Assembly: GCA_963668315.1 (NCBI GenBank)
Contig: OY764216.1
Span: 4,896,001-4,960,000 of the forward strand
Origin: Spirochaetia bacterium
GTDB taxonomy: Bacteria > Spirochaetota > Spirochaetia > DSM-2461
DNA: 64,000 bases
Direction: 5' to 3'
In this document: positions 1-8,517 of the stretch, piece after piece
Layout of the letters: every line of letters begins with the position of its first letter
How positions within the stretch are numbered: position 1 is the stretch's first letter
Notes under the pieces: generated by a model
Told to the model about the DNA's origin: nothing
What the model saw: only the letters and a program-made list of their open reading frames with translations
Databases searched by the model: none
Translations under genes and position numbers: made by a program

Positions 1-166
1 TCCCGCCGAGCGCATCGGTGCCGATATACTGGCCGACGAAGAAACGGTCGGCAAGGTTATAGAGGGCATTGACGATATTGGCGCAGACAGCGGGAACGGA
101 CATCCTGATGATCAGGGGAAACATATTCATATTCCTCATGCTGTCCAGGGGACTGATTTTCTTCAT
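1..166 (-). CDS. MATE-family efflux transporter, N-terminal part (runs off window start)
   Basis: Not in the ORF track. Reverse strand from ATG at 166 reads MKKISPLDSMRNMNMFPLIIRMSVPAVCANIVNALYNLADRFFVGQYIGTDALGG, matching the MATE TM1 motif 'P.....ivnalYnlvDr.FvGq..G..aL'. Confidence 0.8.
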   Translation of the reverse strand, partial: MKKISPLDSMRNMNMFPLIIRMSVPAVCANIVNALYNLADRFFVGQYIGTDALGG

Positions 167-298
167 GTAGCTATAAGAGCATTAAACAAAATATTAGTCA
201 AGTGTAATTTTCCAATTATTTATTCCTTCTTTTATTTATATTAGCGCTATATTTTATACTTATATGTCAATTTTTAATATTATTTTTCCCATTCCCGG

Positions 299-328
299 TT
301 GACTTATTATACATGTATAATTTATGGT
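299..328 (+). promoter_or_regulatory. sigma70-type promoter containing a perfect 16-bp palindrome (candidate TetR operator)
   Basis: TTGACT at 299-304 and TATGGT at 323-328 (18-bp spacer). ATTATACATGTATAAT at 306-321 is a perfect palindrome in the spacer. Confidence 0.55.
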
Positions 329-370
329 TTGAAGGAAATACAGCTAAAACAGCCATGGAGGCCGTAATAA

Positions 371-1381
371 ATGAAAGTCCTGGCCCTTTACGGGGATTCC
401 ACAAGCGAAGACCTCACCGTTGATGAAGTTCTGGAACAATGGAAGTGTCTGGAAGAGATTCCCGGTGTGGAACTGAAACTCCGGTATTACAGCAAGTTTC
501 CCAGCCCCGAGGAGTTCAACTCTCTGGTGGATGAGGATACGGAAGCCCTCCTCGGCGTCTGGATTATGAAAGATTTCCTGAACAGGGATTTCTACGACCG
601 CCATCCCCGGCTGAAGTATATCGCCGGTCTGGCCCACGGTTACCAGCAGCTAGACTGGGAACTCAGCCGGTCCCGGGGAATTGTGATTACCAATACGACC
701 TACGGGGAACATACCATCGCGGAGTATACCATGGCCCTCCTCCTGGAAATCTGCAAAAGGACCGAGAAAAGCTGCCGCTACGTCCGAAACAGGGAGTGGG
801 AAAAATGCGAAGGCAGATCCTACATGTACGCTCCGTCAAAGCAGATTGAGCTATACGGAAAAACCTTCGGGCTTATCGGCCTGGGAAAAATCGGCTACAA
901 CACGGCGCGGTTGGCCCATGCATTCGGAATGAAGGTTCTCGCCTATAACAGGACAGCAAAAACCGGGCCGGACTACGATTTTATCGAGCAGTGTCCCCTG
1001 GATAGGGTTCTTGAGCAATCTGACATTATTTCCCTCCATATTGCGCTGAACAGCGGCACTCACCATTTCATCAACGGGGACGCCGTCGCGCGGATGAAGG
1101 ATGGGGTGATCATAATCAACACGGGCCGGGGGGCCCTTATTGATGAAGCGGCTCTGGTCGCCGGTCTGAAATCGGGGAAAATCTATGGAGCCGGTCTGGA
1201 CGTGATGGAACAGGAACCCCCTGCCGAGGGGAACCCCCTCCTTAACTGCGAAAACGCGCTCATAACTCCCCATATAGCCTGGCTTCCCAAGACCTGCAGA
1301 ATACGGCAGATTTCCATGGCCGTGGATAATTTCCTCGCCTACCTGGGCGGAAATCCGGAGAGCGTTATCAATGGGAAGTAA
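371..1381 (+). CDS. D-isomer-specific 2-hydroxyacid dehydrogenase (glycerate dehydrogenase-like)
   Basis: GLIGLGKIG NAD-binding motif, INTGRG, LDV..QEP and TPHIAW catalytic motifs. GGAGG Shine-Dalgarno (SD). Confidence 0.9.
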   Translation: MKVLALYGDSTSEDLTVDEVLEQWKCLEEIPGVELKLRYYSKFPSPEEFNSLVDEDTEALLGVWIMKDFLNRDFYDRHPRLKYIAGLAHGYQQLDWELSRSRGIVITNTTYGEHTIAEYTMALLLEICKRTEKSCRYVRNREWEKCEGRSYMYAPSKQIELYGKTFGLIGLGKIGYNTARLAHAFGMKVLAYNRTAKTGPDYDFIEQCPLDRVLEQSDIISLHIALNSGTHHFINGDAVARMKDGVIIINTGRGALIDEAALVAGLKSGKIYGAGLDVMEQEPPAEGNPLLNCENALITPHIAWLPKTCRIRQISMAVDNFLAYLGGNPESVINGK

Positions 1382-1441
1382 AAAAGCCATTCCGCTTTCT
1401 AGATTATTACCTATTAATTATATATCCTTAAGGAGTTGATC

Positions 1442-2101
1442 ATGGCAAAATATCCTAAGGGCATTCAGACAAAGAACAGAATTATTTTAACCGCCAGGAG
1501 ACTTTTTTTTGAAAAGGGCTTCCAGGAAGTGACAATCAGGGAGATTGCCTCCGAATCGGATGTCAACCTGGGTCTGATCAACTACTATTTCAAGGGAAAA
1601 GCCGAAATCGGCATGAACGTTTATAACGACATACGTAATGTTTTCAATGAAACAATCGCCCGGCTGGTTCCCGGAATGAGCGGAGTCGATTATTTCCTTA
1701 TTAATAGCGCGGTGGAACTTCTCCTGAGCCTTAAAAATGAGAAATACGGAAAGTTCTACCTGCTCATGTCCGGCAATAAGTTTTTCAAGGAAGAGATCAA
1801 TAGCATTATCGTCGACACCCTTCTGAAGTATTCCACCCAGGAGGACACGAAGAACTCCGCCATTCTCTCCAGTCTCAGCATCATGTCGACTAAACCGGCC
1901 ATTGTCGAATACGCCCTGAGAAATCCGGGGATGATGGCCATCGATATCTATCTGAGGTATTACCTGGAAGCCCAGCTATATCAGTTCGGCATGGCTACGG
2001 CCAGAGCCCAGGAATACATAGGCATTCTGCACCAGTTCCATATCGACGTGGGGGACAGCTTCGTTCCCGTGATGGTTCCCATCCCCGGCGGAAAGCTCTG
2101 A
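1442..2101 (+). CDS. TetR/AcrR family transcriptional regulator
   Basis: N-terminal HTH 'ARRLFFEKGFQEVTIREIASESDVNLGLINYYFKGK'. AGGAG SD lies 6 nt before ATG 1442. Confidence 0.9.
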   Translation: MAKYPKGIQTKNRIILTARRLFFEKGFQEVTIREIASESDVNLGLINYYFKGKAEIGMNVYNDIRNVFNETIARLVPGMSGVDYFLINSAVELLLSLKNEKYGKFYLLMSGNKFFKEEINSIIVDTLLKYSTQEDTKNSAILSSLSIMSTKPAIVEYALRNPGMMAIDIYLRYYLEAQLYQFGMATARAQEYIGILHQFHIDVGDSFVPVMVPIPGGKL

Positions 2102-2151
2102 CATCCGGCGAAGATTATCTTCGGGGACCGGAGTCACAATTCTCTATTTCG

Positions 2152-4353
2152 TCATTCCGGTTCATGCTTATAGCTTACGGAATTGGCCGTGTCGTGTATC
2201 TTTTCCAGCTGCAGGGTCAGGTAAAGTCCCGCCATGACATAGGAGGAGGTGAAATTCCTCTTATGAACGGAAACGATATTGGCCCTTAGCGGCTCATAGG
2301 GTTCCAGAAGGCTCATATTCTTGCACCGGTTCCGGCACCAGCTCCAGAGGGCCGGATAATTTCGGCCGTTCATATCTTCCTGCAGCAGGTTAAACTCTTC
2401 TTCACTCATCTGAATATCGGCCAGCTCATCGAGCAGAGCATCGAATCCGCCTTGCTCGGAAAGGTTCAGCTCGTAGAAAAAGTCCTCGATGGGGGGCTGG
2501 AAAGACTGCCTCCTGCAACCGATAATCATCAGACTCTGAACGAATCGGTAGCTCTCCTGGGGAGAGGCCAGGCGGAATATGGCGTCCCAGTACCTGCCGT
2601 TTTTCTCTATCAGCGAAAGGGCAATGATAAAGTTGATTCGGGACCTTACGTCCAGGCTGTCCCTCAGGAGAAACTCCTCTATCTTGTCACGGATGGAGAA
2701 GTCTCCTATCCGGGCCAGGGATTTGGCGGCCACCGAACAGAGATAGGGATATTTCTCCCTCATGATTTTCCTCAGGGCGTTCTGGGATTTTTCCGTTTTA
2801 TAGGCCCCCAGAGCAAAGATCGCCGACTGGCGCCACCAGGAATGGGCGTCCATGGCTTCCTCAATCAGATCATCTTCCAGCTCGGGGCGGGGGCAGGAGA
2901 AAAGGGAACGGAGGACCATCTCCTTATCCCTGAGCGTGGGCTTTCGCATCCGCCTTCGTATTTCCTGGGTAGCCAGATGGCTCTGATCGAATTCCAGCTC
3001 AATAAGAATGCTCTCCTTTTTCGCATCGTCACTGACCCTTTTGAGCATGTCGATATTGTGTATGGTGCGTAAATTCTTCGGGTTGGATATGACCGTCAGC
3101 AATTCATTGGCCGTAAGACTTCCCCCCTCCTTCAGATAAAGGGACAGACAGAAATTGACAAGGGCCAGTACGCCCATGAGCCCGAAGGAGAGGGAGTATT
3201 CATGGGGAACGGAGAAAGGAAGACGGGGAGTCAGGTCGGCCAGAGCCCCGCCGGCAAGCCCCACCCCCAGAGAGACGAAGGAGAAAACCACGGAAATGGC
3301 CGAGGAAAAGCCGACCCTGTCGTTCGCAGGGATGGTGTTTATGACCAGACGGTCGAGAAGCAGCCGTATCATCCCTATGAAAAACATGGAAATAAAACCC
3401 ATGAGAAAATAGATCCACAGGGAGAGGAATGAATCTCCCAGAAACCAGAGGACCGATAAAACGATGATGACCAGATTGACGATGGTGATCATGGGCTTGC
3501 TGCCGAAGCGGTCAAGAAAAGGCCGGACGAGGCGGGACGATATGATAACACCCAGATAGTTCATTGTCATGAAAATGAAGATCAGGTTGGAAGGGACATT
3601 GAGTGTCTTCCTCAGAAAGGGGGTGGAAAAATTAAAGAGAACGATGAGGGACATTCCGCCGCAGTAAAGGAGGATAAAGAGAAGATGCTGGGGTGTTTTC
3701 ATATAGTGGGCAAAAGTCCTCAGCGATTCGGCCAGGTTCTGCTTTTTGATCCGGTCTTCCACGGGGACTCTTTTGATGGCGAAGGATGATGCCGTATTGA
3801 GCAGGATTCCCGCACCCAGCAGTATCAGTATTCCCGTCAGTTCATCCAGGCCCGGCAGGCTGAGGACACCGAAACTTATGAAGCGGGAAAGCATCATGGA
3901 TGTATAGAGAAATATGATGACCCGGGAGGAGTATTCCCCCCTTTCCGATGTCTTTGTTATGATTCCCTGGATCACCGGATTCAGAGGATAGGCGATATTC
4001 CGCAAAAGGCAGTACACCGTATAGATCAGAACGATAAGGATGACGGCTTTGTCCGCCGACATGTAGGGGGTGAATCCGTAGAATCCGCAGATGAGCCCCC
4101 GGATCATCCAGGCGAAGAAGAAAAGGGTTATGATTTTCACATTGGGAAACAAACGGGGCACAAAGAAAATAACAACCCCCGTAAGGTAGACAGCCGATGA
4201 GATATATCCCAGAGTCAGGTTTCCGGCGCCGAAGTGAATCGCCAGAAGGTAGATAATGGTTTCCGCCAGAAAGCTGTAGCCCAGCCCATTAATAAAGACA
4301 TAGGTGATATAATTTCTCTGACCTTCCAGCTTTTTCGTTCTCGAGATATACAT
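2152..4353 (-). CDS. MFS transporter fused to a C-terminal soluble HEAT/PBS-lyase-like repeat region
   Basis: About 410 aa of alternating hydrophobic helices with the MFS loop motif 'LDRFGSK', then about 320 aa hydrophilic with 'WWRQSAIFALG' and 'YLCSVAAKSLARIG' HEAT-like units. Confidence 0.7.
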   Translation of the reverse strand: MYISRTKKLEGQRNYITYVFINGLGYSFLAETIIYLLAIHFGAGNLTLGYISSAVYLTGVVIFFVPRLFPNVKIITLFFFAWMIRGLICGFYGFTPYMSADKAVILIVLIYTVYCLLRNIAYPLNPVIQGIITKTSERGEYSSRVIIFLYTSMMLSRFISFGVLSLPGLDELTGILILLGAGILLNTASSFAIKRVPVEDRIKKQNLAESLRTFAHYMKTPQHLLFILLYCGGMSLIVLFNFSTPFLRKTLNVPSNLIFIFMTMNYLGVIISSRLVRPFLDRFGSKPMITIVNLVIIVLSVLWFLGDSFLSLWIYFLMGFISMFFIGMIRLLLDRLVINTIPANDRVGFSSAISVVFSFVSLGVGLAGGALADLTPRLPFSVPHEYSLSFGLMGVLALVNFCLSLYLKEGGSLTANELLTVISNPKNLRTIHNIDMLKRVSDDAKKESILIELEFDQSHLATQEIRRRMRKPTLRDKEMVLRSLFSCPRPELEDDLIEEAMDAHSWWRQSAIFALGAYKTEKSQNALRKIMREKYPYLCSVAAKSLARIGDFSIRDKIEEFLLRDSLDVRSRINFIIALSLIEKNGRYWDAIFRLASPQESYRFVQSLMIIGCRRQSFQPPIEDFFYELNLSEQGGFDALLDELADIQMSEEEFNLLQEDMNGRNYPALWSWCRNRCKNMSLLEPYEPLRANIVSVHKRNFTSSYVMAGLYLTLQLEKIHDTANSVSYKHEPE

Positions 4354-4720
4354 AATCAATGGTCCCCGCGGCAGGACACGCTCTCCTTTAAAATCTCATC
4401 AAACCCCGTACCCGGTCATTTCTCCGGTCCGGGAATTCTCCCAGTTCCCTGCACTTGTCTAACCTACCTTAATTGACGGCTCAGAATCAACCGGAAAGGT
4501 TGATTAAAATGCCCATGTCCGCGTTTTCTCTCTCGAAGGGCCCTACGATTTTCCCCGGGCCATACATCTGCCCCTTCCTTTTCGTATACTCCGGGGAGAC
4601 CGCACACCGGATTTTCCCCGGTGAGAGAAGCGGGAATGGAGGCCAAATGATTGACACAGCTCAAATAAAGTTATATGAAATGCATATCATTCCCATCGTT
4701 AAAAGAGGTGATTCTTCAAG

Positions 4721-5209
4721 ATGGATTCGAAGAAACTGGATAATAAAACCCCTGTCGGGTGGAGAGAATGGATTTCCCTTCCTGAATGGAACATCAAATA
4801 CATCAAGGTAAAAGTGGATACCGGGGCAAGGACCTCTTCTCTTCATGTTACAGACGTTGAATATTTTGAGAGAGAGGGGGAGAGCTGGGTGCGTTTCACC
4901 CTGTATCCCTGGCAGAAATCCATTAACGACCGGGAAAGTGTCGAAGCAAAAATCATCACCCATAAGGATGTGAGGAGTTCATCGGGATATCTGGAGAAAA
5001 GGCCTGTCGTAAGGACGACCCTTGTCGTCGCGGGGAGAACCATTCAGGCCGAGATAACCCTCACGAACAGGGATAAGATGGGGTTCCGCATGCTCCTGGG
5101 CAGGGAAGCGATAAGAAGCAGTTTCTCGGTGATACCGGGATTATCCTATTTAGGGGGGAAACCACCCCTTGAGATTAGAAAATTGAACAATAAGAGGATT
5201 AAGAATTGA
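4721..5209 (+). CDS. RimK-associated retropepsin-like protease (RimB / 'ATP-dependent zinc protease' family)
   Basis: 'VGWREW', 'KVDTGARTSSLH', 'VRSSSG..E.RPV' and 'RDKMGFRMLLGR' motifs. Directly upstream of rimK. Confidence 0.88.
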   Translation: MDSKKLDNKTPVGWREWISLPEWNIKYIKVKVDTGARTSSLHVTDVEYFEREGESWVRFTLYPWQKSINDRESVEAKIITHKDVRSSSGYLEKRPVVRTTLVVAGRTIQAEITLTNRDKMGFRMLLGREAIRSSFSVIPGLSYLGGKPPLEIRKLNNKRIKN

Positions 5210-5258
5210 TTATAGATATTGTCGGAAATGATGATCATTCCACCTTACGGGAGCAGAA

Positions 5259-6431
5259 ATGAAATTAGCGATTCTATCAAGATCCCCCCATTCTTACAGT
5301 ACATCAAGATTAAAAGAAGCGGCTCTGGAGAGAGGGCATAACTGCAAGGTTCTCAACACCCTGCGCTTTGCCATCGACCTGTCGGGAGATTCGCCGGACC
5401 TGCAGTTCCGGGGGAGGAAACTCTCCTTCTATGATGCCATACTGCCCAGAATAGGGACATCCATCGGGTATTTCGGAACGGCCGTGGTAAGGCAGTTCGA
5501 ACAGATGGATGTTTATACGCCCAATACGGCAACGGGTATTTCAAACTCCCGGGACAAACTGCGTTCCACCCAGATTCTCTCGCGCCATGATATCGGAATT
5601 CCGGCGACCACCTTTGTCCGGGATCTCAAGGACATCAAGCCGGCCATAGCCAGAGTGGGAGGAGTTCCGGTCGTTATCAAGCTTCTGGAAGGCACCCAGG
5701 GAATAGGCGTTATCCTTGCGCCGGAGCTGAAGATTGCCGAAGCGATTGTAGAAACCCTTCAGAGTACGAAGCAGAATGTGCTCATACAGAAATTCATTTC
5801 AGAAAGCAAAGGCAGGGACATACGCGCTCTGGTTGTGGGAGACCGAGTGGTCGGCGCCATCAGGCGAAAGGCGAAGGGGGACGAATTCCGTTCCAACGTC
5901 CACAGGGGCGGATCGACGGAGGCCATCAAGCTCGATCCTGTCTATGAGAGAACGGCAATCAGAGCCGCCCAGATCATGGGGCTGAAAGTGGCGGGAGTCG
6001 ACCTTCTCGAGGGAAACGACGGCCCCCTGGTCATGGAGGTGAATTCATCTCCCGGCCTGGAAGGGATAGAAAAGGCAACGGGTCTCGATATCGCCGGTTC
6101 CATCATCGATTATATCGCCAACCAGGTGGATTTTCCCGAGCTGGATGTCAGGCAGAGGCTGACGATCAGTACGGGATACGGCGTGGCCGAACTGCTGGTG
6201 AAAGAGGACAGTCACCTGGTGGGCAAAAAAATCAGCGAATCCGATCTCAAAGAGAACGACATCACCATCCTGACGCTTCATCGGGATACGGAGGTTTATC
6301 CCAATCCGAAGGATGATAAGATTCTGGAGCCCCATGACCGGCTGCTCTGTTTCGGCCGTCTGGAATCCATGCGGTCCATGATACCGAAGAGAAGCAAACA
6401 GGGTCAGAAAATCAAAAAGCTGCACCCATGA
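5259..6431 (+). CDS. rimK: RimK-family alpha-L-glutamate ligase with C-terminal TrkA_C (RCK_C) domain
   Basis: 'SRDKLRS.Q.L', 'EGTQGIGV', 'EFRSNVHRGG' and 'EVNSSPGLEGIE' ATP-grasp motifs. The extra C-terminal 'LVGKKISESDL...ITILTLHRDTEVYPNP....LEPHDRLLCFG' matches TrkA_C. Confidence 0.9.
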   Translation: MKLAILSRSPHSYSTSRLKEAALERGHNCKVLNTLRFAIDLSGDSPDLQFRGRKLSFYDAILPRIGTSIGYFGTAVVRQFEQMDVYTPNTATGISNSRDKLRSTQILSRHDIGIPATTFVRDLKDIKPAIARVGGVPVVIKLLEGTQGIGVILAPELKIAEAIVETLQSTKQNVLIQKFISESKGRDIRALVVGDRVVGAIRRKAKGDEFRSNVHRGGSTEAIKLDPVYERTAIRAAQIMGLKVAGVDLLEGNDGPLVMEVNSSPGLEGIEKATGLDIAGSIIDYIANQVDFPELDVRQRLTISTGYGVAELLVKEDSHLVGKKISESDLKENDITILTLHRDTEVYPNPKDDKILEPHDRLLCFGRLESMRSMIPKRSKQGQKIKKLHP

Positions 6432-6462
6432 CTTCAGCGGATCAAAGAGGAAGCCGGGAACT

Positions 6463-7191
6463 ATGACCAGCGATGAAATTGCCGCCTGTCTGATAAATCT
6501 GGGAGATAAGGAACGGGCGGACCATTCCCTGAGATTCTTCAAAACCGCCGAAGGGGAGTACGGGGAAGGCGATCGATTCCTGGGGATTAGAGTCCCCGTC
6601 CTACGGGAAAAGGTAAGGCAGTTCAGAGAGGCCGATCTCTCCGCAGCGGAAGAGCTGCTCCGTTCTCCCTGGCATGAAGTCAGGCTCTTTGCCGTGTTTC
6701 TGCTGGTGGATAAATTCCGGAGAAAAAAGCCGGACCTGAAAGCCGAGATCATGAAAGTCTTTACCGCGAATCTGGATAGAATAAATAACTGGGATCTGGT
6801 GGACAGCTCGGCCCCCTGCCTGACCGGACCCTGGTTCTGGGAGAATGACCGCTCCCTTCTGGGAACCTGGGTGAAGAGCGATTCCCTCTGGCTCAGAAGA
6901 ATCGCGGTCATGTCTACTTTCTACTTTATCAAGCAGAATCACTACGAAGAGACCCTGGCCTTCTGCGAAGAACTTCTCGATGACCGGGAAGATCTTATTC
7001 ACAAGGCAACGGGCTGGATGCTCAGGGAGATAGGGAATCGGGACAAAAAAACCGAAACCGATTTTCTGGAAAAGTTCCATACCCGAATGCCCCGGACCAT
7101 GCTCCGCTATGGCATAGAGAAGTTTCCTGCGGAGGAACGGAAATCCTGGCTGGCCGGAGAAATTCCCCCGTCAGCCGGAACATCCGCTTAG
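6463..7191 (+). CDS. DNA alkylation repair protein (AlkD-like)
   Basis: 'FFKT..GEYGEGD.FLGIRVP', 'NNWDLVDSSAP', 'DLIHKATGWMLREIG' and 'MPRTMLRY.IE' motifs. Confidence 0.88.
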   Translation: MTSDEIAACLINLGDKERADHSLRFFKTAEGEYGEGDRFLGIRVPVLREKVRQFREADLSAAEELLRSPWHEVRLFAVFLLVDKFRRKKPDLKAEIMKVFTANLDRINNWDLVDSSAPCLTGPWFWENDRSLLGTWVKSDSLWLRRIAVMSTFYFIKQNHYEETLAFCEELLDDREDLIHKATGWMLREIGNRDKKTETDFLEKFHTRMPRTMLRYGIEKFPAEERKSWLAGEIPPSAGTSA

Positions 7192-7193
7192 CC

Positions 7194-8360
7194 TTAAAGG
7201 CACATCCTGTAGATTTTTTCCACGTCATCGGGTGTCAGTTCCCTGAACCCTTTTATGACGCTTCCCCGGCAGGCTTTCCCGGCCATTACCTTGAAATTCT
7301 TTTCGTCGATTCCTATTTCGGAAAGGGTGCTCTTGAGGCCGAGATCCTTAAAGAAGAAATCGTATAGCCTCTTGATAGCCTTTCTCGCTCCCTCCCTTTC
7401 GGGAAGGGACGCATCCAGCCCGAGCACATTAACGCCGAAGGCCTTGAACTGCGCCGCATTCGTTTCGTCCAGGATATACTCCATCCAGCGGGGGATGAGA
7501 ATCGCCAGGCCCAGACCGTGGGTGATATCGTAGAAAGCGGAAAGCTCGTGTTCCATGGCGTGGTTGCTGGCCCCTTCGAAACCTCCGCATTGCAGAAAAT
7601 CGTTGAGGGCCCAGGAGGACGCCCACATAAGGTTGGCCCTCGCCTCATAGTTATCCGGTTCCTTCAGGGCGACGGGAGCAAATTTCACTACGGTTTTCAG
7701 TACATCCTCCTGGATACGGCTCAGCATGTCCATTACGGGCCGCTTGGAAAAATAGGCCACATCGATGATATGGGCCATGATATCCACCGAACCGCAGGCC
7801 GTCTGGAAGGGACTGACGGTGAAGGTCACCCGGGGGTCGAGGAACGAGACTTTCGGACGCAGTAGGGGGTGCTGCAATCCGTACTTCTCATGGGTTTCGA
7901 TATTGCTGATGACACCGCCCATATCCATTTCGGAACCGGTGGCGGAAAGGGTCAGAACCGTAACAAGGGGCAGAGCATTGGTGACGGGAGCTTTTTTAAC
8001 AACAAGGTCCCAGCTGTCTCCTTCGTAGAAAGCCGCGGCGGCTATCGCCTTGGAGCAGTCTATGGTGGAGCCGCCCCCCACGGCGAGGATGACGTCGATC
8101 TTCTCTTTTTTACAGAGATCGGCGCCCCTGTTTACGGTGGTGTGCCGGGGATTCGGCTCGATCCCCGCTAGTTCAAAGACGGTCAGCCCAGCCTTTTCCA
8201 TCTCCGTTGAGACCCTGCCGTAAAGGCCGTTTTTCTTAATGGATCCGCCCCCATAGGTCAGCAGGACCTTTTTCCCGAAATTTTTCAGCGTCTCCCCCAG
8301 ATGATCCAGCTGATCGCCGAAGTAAACCCGTGTGGTGTTCTCAAACATAAAGTTATACAT
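7194..8360 (-). CDS. Iron-containing alcohol dehydrogenase (NADH-dependent butanol dehydrogenase BdhA-like)
   Basis: 'YGGGSIKKNG', 'GIEPNP', 'GGGSTIDCSK', 'ATGSEM' and 'H.MEHELSAFYDITHGLGLA' motifs. Confidence 0.9.
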   Translation of the reverse strand: MYNFMFENTTRVYFGDQLDHLGETLKNFGKKVLLTYGGGSIKKNGLYGRVSTEMEKAGLTVFELAGIEPNPRHTTVNRGADLCKKEKIDVILAVGGGSTIDCSKAIAAAAFYEGDSWDLVVKKAPVTNALPLVTVLTLSATGSEMDMGGVISNIETHEKYGLQHPLLRPKVSFLDPRVTFTVSPFQTACGSVDIMAHIIDVAYFSKRPVMDMLSRIQEDVLKTVVKFAPVALKEPDNYEARANLMWASSWALNDFLQCGGFEGASNHAMEHELSAFYDITHGLGLAILIPRWMEYILDETNAAQFKAFGVNVLGLDASLPEREGARKAIKRLYDFFFKDLGLKSTLSEIGIDEKNFKVMAGKACRGSVIKGFRELTPDDVEKIYRMCL

Positions 8361-8517
8361 GATTATTTCTCCTTTCCATAAACTTTCCCTGTCTGCTGAC
8401 TTTAACTATAAGCTCATGGTGCGGAAATATCAGCCTTAAGGTGAGTATTTTAATCCGATCGTCCCTATATGATTGATTAATTCATCGCTCAGTTCTACTT
8501 TATACCGGGAGTGCTTA

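Noticed and set aside
4460..4640. Minus-strand fragments (GGGGAAAATC..GTAGGG, GAGCCGTCAATTAA..GTAGG) faintly like a c-di-AMP (ydaO) riboswitch
   Set aside because: I could not build the P1 pairing or the conserved spacing. It would need an Infernal hit to be called.
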